A DNA stretch of 49,836 bases from Klebsiella phage TSK1: the sequence record MH688453.1. One strand, given 5' to 3'. A program made the position numbers and the translations under genes. Of the stretch, positions 47,582 through 49,836 are shown in pieces. The first letter of the stretch is position 1. Each line of letters opens with the position of its first letter. The notes beneath the pieces were generated by a model, which worked only from the letters and a program-made list of their open reading frames with translations, did no database searches and was not told where the DNA came from.

Positions 47582-47911
47582 TTACACCAGGCGGAACCGA
47601 ACTTCATCACCGTAAATAACGGCCTGAATGTGATCGCCAAACGTGAAGGTTGCGCGAGTGGTTTCGTACTCCGTGTGGCCGTATCGCCATATCCCGCGCT
47701 GGGGATAATGCGCCGCGCTTTCGTGCCAAATGTTCATAGTGAACTCGCCAGACTCCCCGAACTCCAGGCACTGGCCGACCATCGCTTTGACGGCCTGGTA
47801 GTCATGCCAACGTTGAGTAGCACGGTCGGTAACGCGCTCCACATGCTTGCGCTCTTTGTGCTCCGCCGCAGCCTCAACCACGGCCCACTTACTACGGGTA
47901 AATATTCTCAT
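47582..47911 (-). CDS. hypothetical protein
   Basis: ORF; most likely start MRIFTRSKWAVV. Confidence 0.55.
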   Translation of the reverse strand: MRIFTRSKWAVVEAAAEHKERKHVERVTDRATQRWHDYQAVKAMVGQCLEFGESGEFTMNIWHESAAHYPQRGIWRYGHTEYETTRATFTFGDHIQAVIYGDEVRFRLV

Positions 47912-47987
47912 TTGCATTTTCCTCAAAGTCGGCGCGGAATTGCGTAGCGCCCTTAAAATGGAACCAGTCACGGTGGCATCGTCGCCG

Positions 47988-48170
47988 TTAATCGCCCTGC
48001 TTCACCTCGAAAACGAATCCGTCGCAAACGCACATATCAACCAGAAACGCGGTTGCAGCGCTGAACGTCCATTCGTCAGATCCAGGCATGCGCTTCCTGA
48101 TCACGCCGTCTTCGCCCCTCATCCATTGCACGCCAGATTCACGACTTTCGTACACAACGCCAGTTTTCAT
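47988..48170 (-). CDS. hypothetical small protein
   Basis: ORF start MKTGVVYESRESG with GGGGTGG upstream. Confidence 0.55.
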   Translation of the reverse strand: MKTGVVYESRESGVQWMRGEDGVIRKRMPGSDEWTFSAATAFLVDMCVCDGFVFEVKQGD

Positions 48171-48370
48171 GACAGCCACCCCTTGTACTTAATAGCCTGG
48201 TTCATCGCAGATACGATCCCGGCCTCGTTGAAAGATGATGCAACGTAAATCTCCTCTTGCACCTTGTTACCGTCCATCAAGAGCACGCCGTGACGATGCG
48301 ACTTAACGCGAGGGTTAGCAAGTTTGCTCGCCAGTGCCAAAAAATCTGCCTTCTTCATCATGTGCGCCAT
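48167..48370 (-). CDS. hypothetical protein
   Basis: ORF start MAHMMKKADFLALASK after CCAATCAGGAGTAAGCACG. Confidence 0.65.
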   Translation of the reverse strand: MAHMMKKADFLALASKLANPRVKSHRHGVLLMDGNKVQEEIYVASSFNEAGIVSAMNQAIKYKGWLS

Positions 48371-48400
48371 CGTGCTTACTCCTGATTGGTTGATGTGATG

Positions 48401-48444
48401 ACTATACCCGATCCCTCCAGCAGGGTTTTGATTATTTGTGCTAT
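48401..48444 (-). promoter_or_regulatory. marbox-like box (48426-48444) plus -10 TATAGT
   Basis: Minus ATAGCACAAATAATCAAAA-N19-TATAGT; 13/14 of consensus although not palindromic. Confidence 0.75.
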
Positions 48445-48760
48445 TCCTCCGATTGTCGATTATTCCATCCATTCGGAATAGTGGAATAGGCTGTGATTGC
48501 ATCTGACTTCCTGGTGATTACTTTTGACGATTCATGATTGATTGTGATTGTTTCATTCTGTGCAATGTGATGATGGAGTGTTTCATGATGTGCAACGAAT
48601 TGCATAGATGTATGCACTATGCACATAATTCGCCGTTCGAATCCCGCCAAAACGGTGCGTGTGTTTCCCCAACATTTAGGGAGTGTGGGAATGTGTGGGA
48701 GGAAAAATCTTACCGGAAAGTTGCACAAAAAGTGACCAATATAAGCATATAATAGATATA

Positions 48761-48799
48761 TAAGTATATGATAAATAACAATATTATTATTATTACTCT
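48761..48799. repeat. inverted copy of the AT-rich 39-bp element at 32611-32649
   Basis: TAAGTATATGATAAATAACAATATTATTATTATTACTCT is the exact reverse complement. Confidence 0.9.
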
Positions 48800-48950
48800 C
48801 TCTATCTATATATGTTTGGTAAGATTTCTCCCGGCATGGCTACCGGAATCATCTTGCGAGAGCCATAAATTTTAGATGTTCCGCCGCCGCCTGGTGGTAT
48901 AGGTATATATACGGGATGCTTACGAATCTTACCAAACACGCCGAAACCCT

Positions 48951-48979
48951 TTGACGGCGCGGCCTGCGGCCTGTATTAT
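48951..48979 (+). promoter_or_regulatory. strong sigma70-like promoter
   Basis: TTGACG - 17 nt - TATTAT. Confidence 0.75.
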
Positions 48980-49026
48980 CACCTTCCGAAACATTACCAA
49001 ACGCCGTAAGTGTGGGGGAAACACAA

Positions 49027-49611
49027 ATGCAATACAAAGGCTATGAGTTCGAAGAAGTCGACGTGTCCGAGTGGATGCGGTACGACGCAGATAAACAAGC
49101 CGCTTACCATGAATGGCTGCAATCCATCACGTTTGGTGAAGCCACCGAGCCAGCCGGACGGAGCCAGGAAGCAGCGAAGACGGAAGGCACATTCACTGGC
49201 AACCGCTCTTCCGAGATCCGGCGCATGTTCCTGGATGGCGGGCGGCGTATCCAGATGACGGCGGAGGAGTTCGTGGAGAAGTTCGGCGTTAATCCGGTCG
49301 ACAACCATTTCCGCAGGCCGTTGCTGAAACTTCTGGAGCCGGGAGAAGTGTTGCGGGTGAGCCTGGGGGCGGGGTTGATCTCCGTCTTTACCGAGTTCGA
49401 CGCAATGACTGGCTCAAACCTGGAGGCTGAGGCGTACAGGCGGCAGGGCGCTATCTCTGAGCGGGAAAGGATTAAGGGTTTAGTGGCCGCTCTTGCCGTA
49501 GACTTCGCCGGGGATGCCCTGGCCGGGATTTACAAGGCGAACTTGTTCGCGGCTATCGATCTTGGATTGACCGCCAGCGATATCAGCCAGGAGGCAACCA
49601 CCACGAAATAG
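49027..49611 (+). CDS. hypothetical early protein
   Basis: ORF start MQYKGYEFEEVDVSEW; first gene downstream of the 48951 promoter. Confidence 0.7.
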   Translation: MQYKGYEFEEVDVSEWMRYDADKQAAYHEWLQSITFGEATEPAGRSQEAAKTEGTFTGNRSSEIRRMFLDGGRRIQMTAEEFVEKFGVNPVDNHFRRPLLKLLEPGEVLRVSLGAGLISVFTEFDAMTGSNLEAEAYRRQGAISERERIKGLVAALAVDFAGDALAGIYKANLFAAIDLGLTASDISQEATTTK

Positions 49612-49651
49612 CACTTTTTGTTAAAACCCGGTCAGTGAGATCGGGTATTAT
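49608..49651 (+). promoter_or_regulatory. marbox-like box (49608-49626) plus -10 TATTAT (49646-49651)
   Basis: ATAGCACTTTTTGTTAAAA-N19-TATTAT. Confidence 0.75.
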
Positions 49652-49683
49652 CTTTCCATCGACAACGAACCGAGGAAAGCGAA

Positions 49684-49836
49684 ATGATTACTCTGATTAC
49701 CTGGGAACACGAAAACAGCAAGCCAGAAGTGCGCGAATTCGAGACCGTAGCGGAGTGCTACAACCTGGCGGCAAATGGTGGCTTTTACAAGGCGCAGATC
49801 GTCAACGAGTTCGGGGTTGTCGATTATGAATTTTAA
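49684..49836 (+). CDS. hypothetical early protein
   Basis: MITLITWEHENSKPEVREFETVAECYNLAANGGFYKAQIVNEFGVVDYEF, SD GAGGAAAG; the track lists a different overlapping frame. Confidence 0.7.
   Translation: MITLITWEHENSKPEVREFETVAECYNLAANGGFYKAQIVNEFGVVDYEF

Noticed and set aside
48534-48752. 72-aa plus-strand ORF with Cys/Met-rich start
   Set aside because: Falls in the structured control region with no SD; composition reflects the GTTTCAT/TGTGCAA repeats.

Overview
The window is a near-complete genome of a lytic T1-like siphophage (Drexlerviridae type, about 49.8 kb). I infer this from gene order and protein motifs only; no database search was possible. Layout: rightward early small genes (1-6.0 kb), terminase/head/neck/tail genes (6.1-26.1 kb), leftward tail-fibre and SGNH-esterase tailspike genes (26.4-30.0 kb), a leftward SSB/Erf/exonuclease/primase block (30.0-33.8 kb), a rightward helicase/VRR-NUC/Dam/phosphoesterase/nucleotide-kinase/lysis block (34.3-42.2 kb), leftward accessory genes (42.2-48.4 kb) and a divergent control region (48.4-49.0 kb). 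The main discovery candidate is a regulatory module dispersed in about 17 copies, on both strands and mostly outside the structural genes. Each copy carries a 19-nt box, ATAGCAC-N5-GYYAAAM, that matches the enterobacterial MarA/SoxS/Rob/RamA marbox consensus AYnGCACnnWnnRYYAAAY. In 14 of 17 copies a -10-like hexamer starts exactly 19 nt after the box, which is the class II marbox geometry, followed in many copies by a conserved leader (CCCCATCGAAACGAA). The implication is that the phage early regulon may be activated by host Rob/MarA/SoxS/RamA. Other notable signals: origin-like GTAAGAT repeat clusters around an AT-rich core whose 39-bp sequence recurs exactly inverted 16 kb away; a perfect 116-bp tandem duplication that changes the C-terminus of the tail tip protein; and two candidate frameshift loci.
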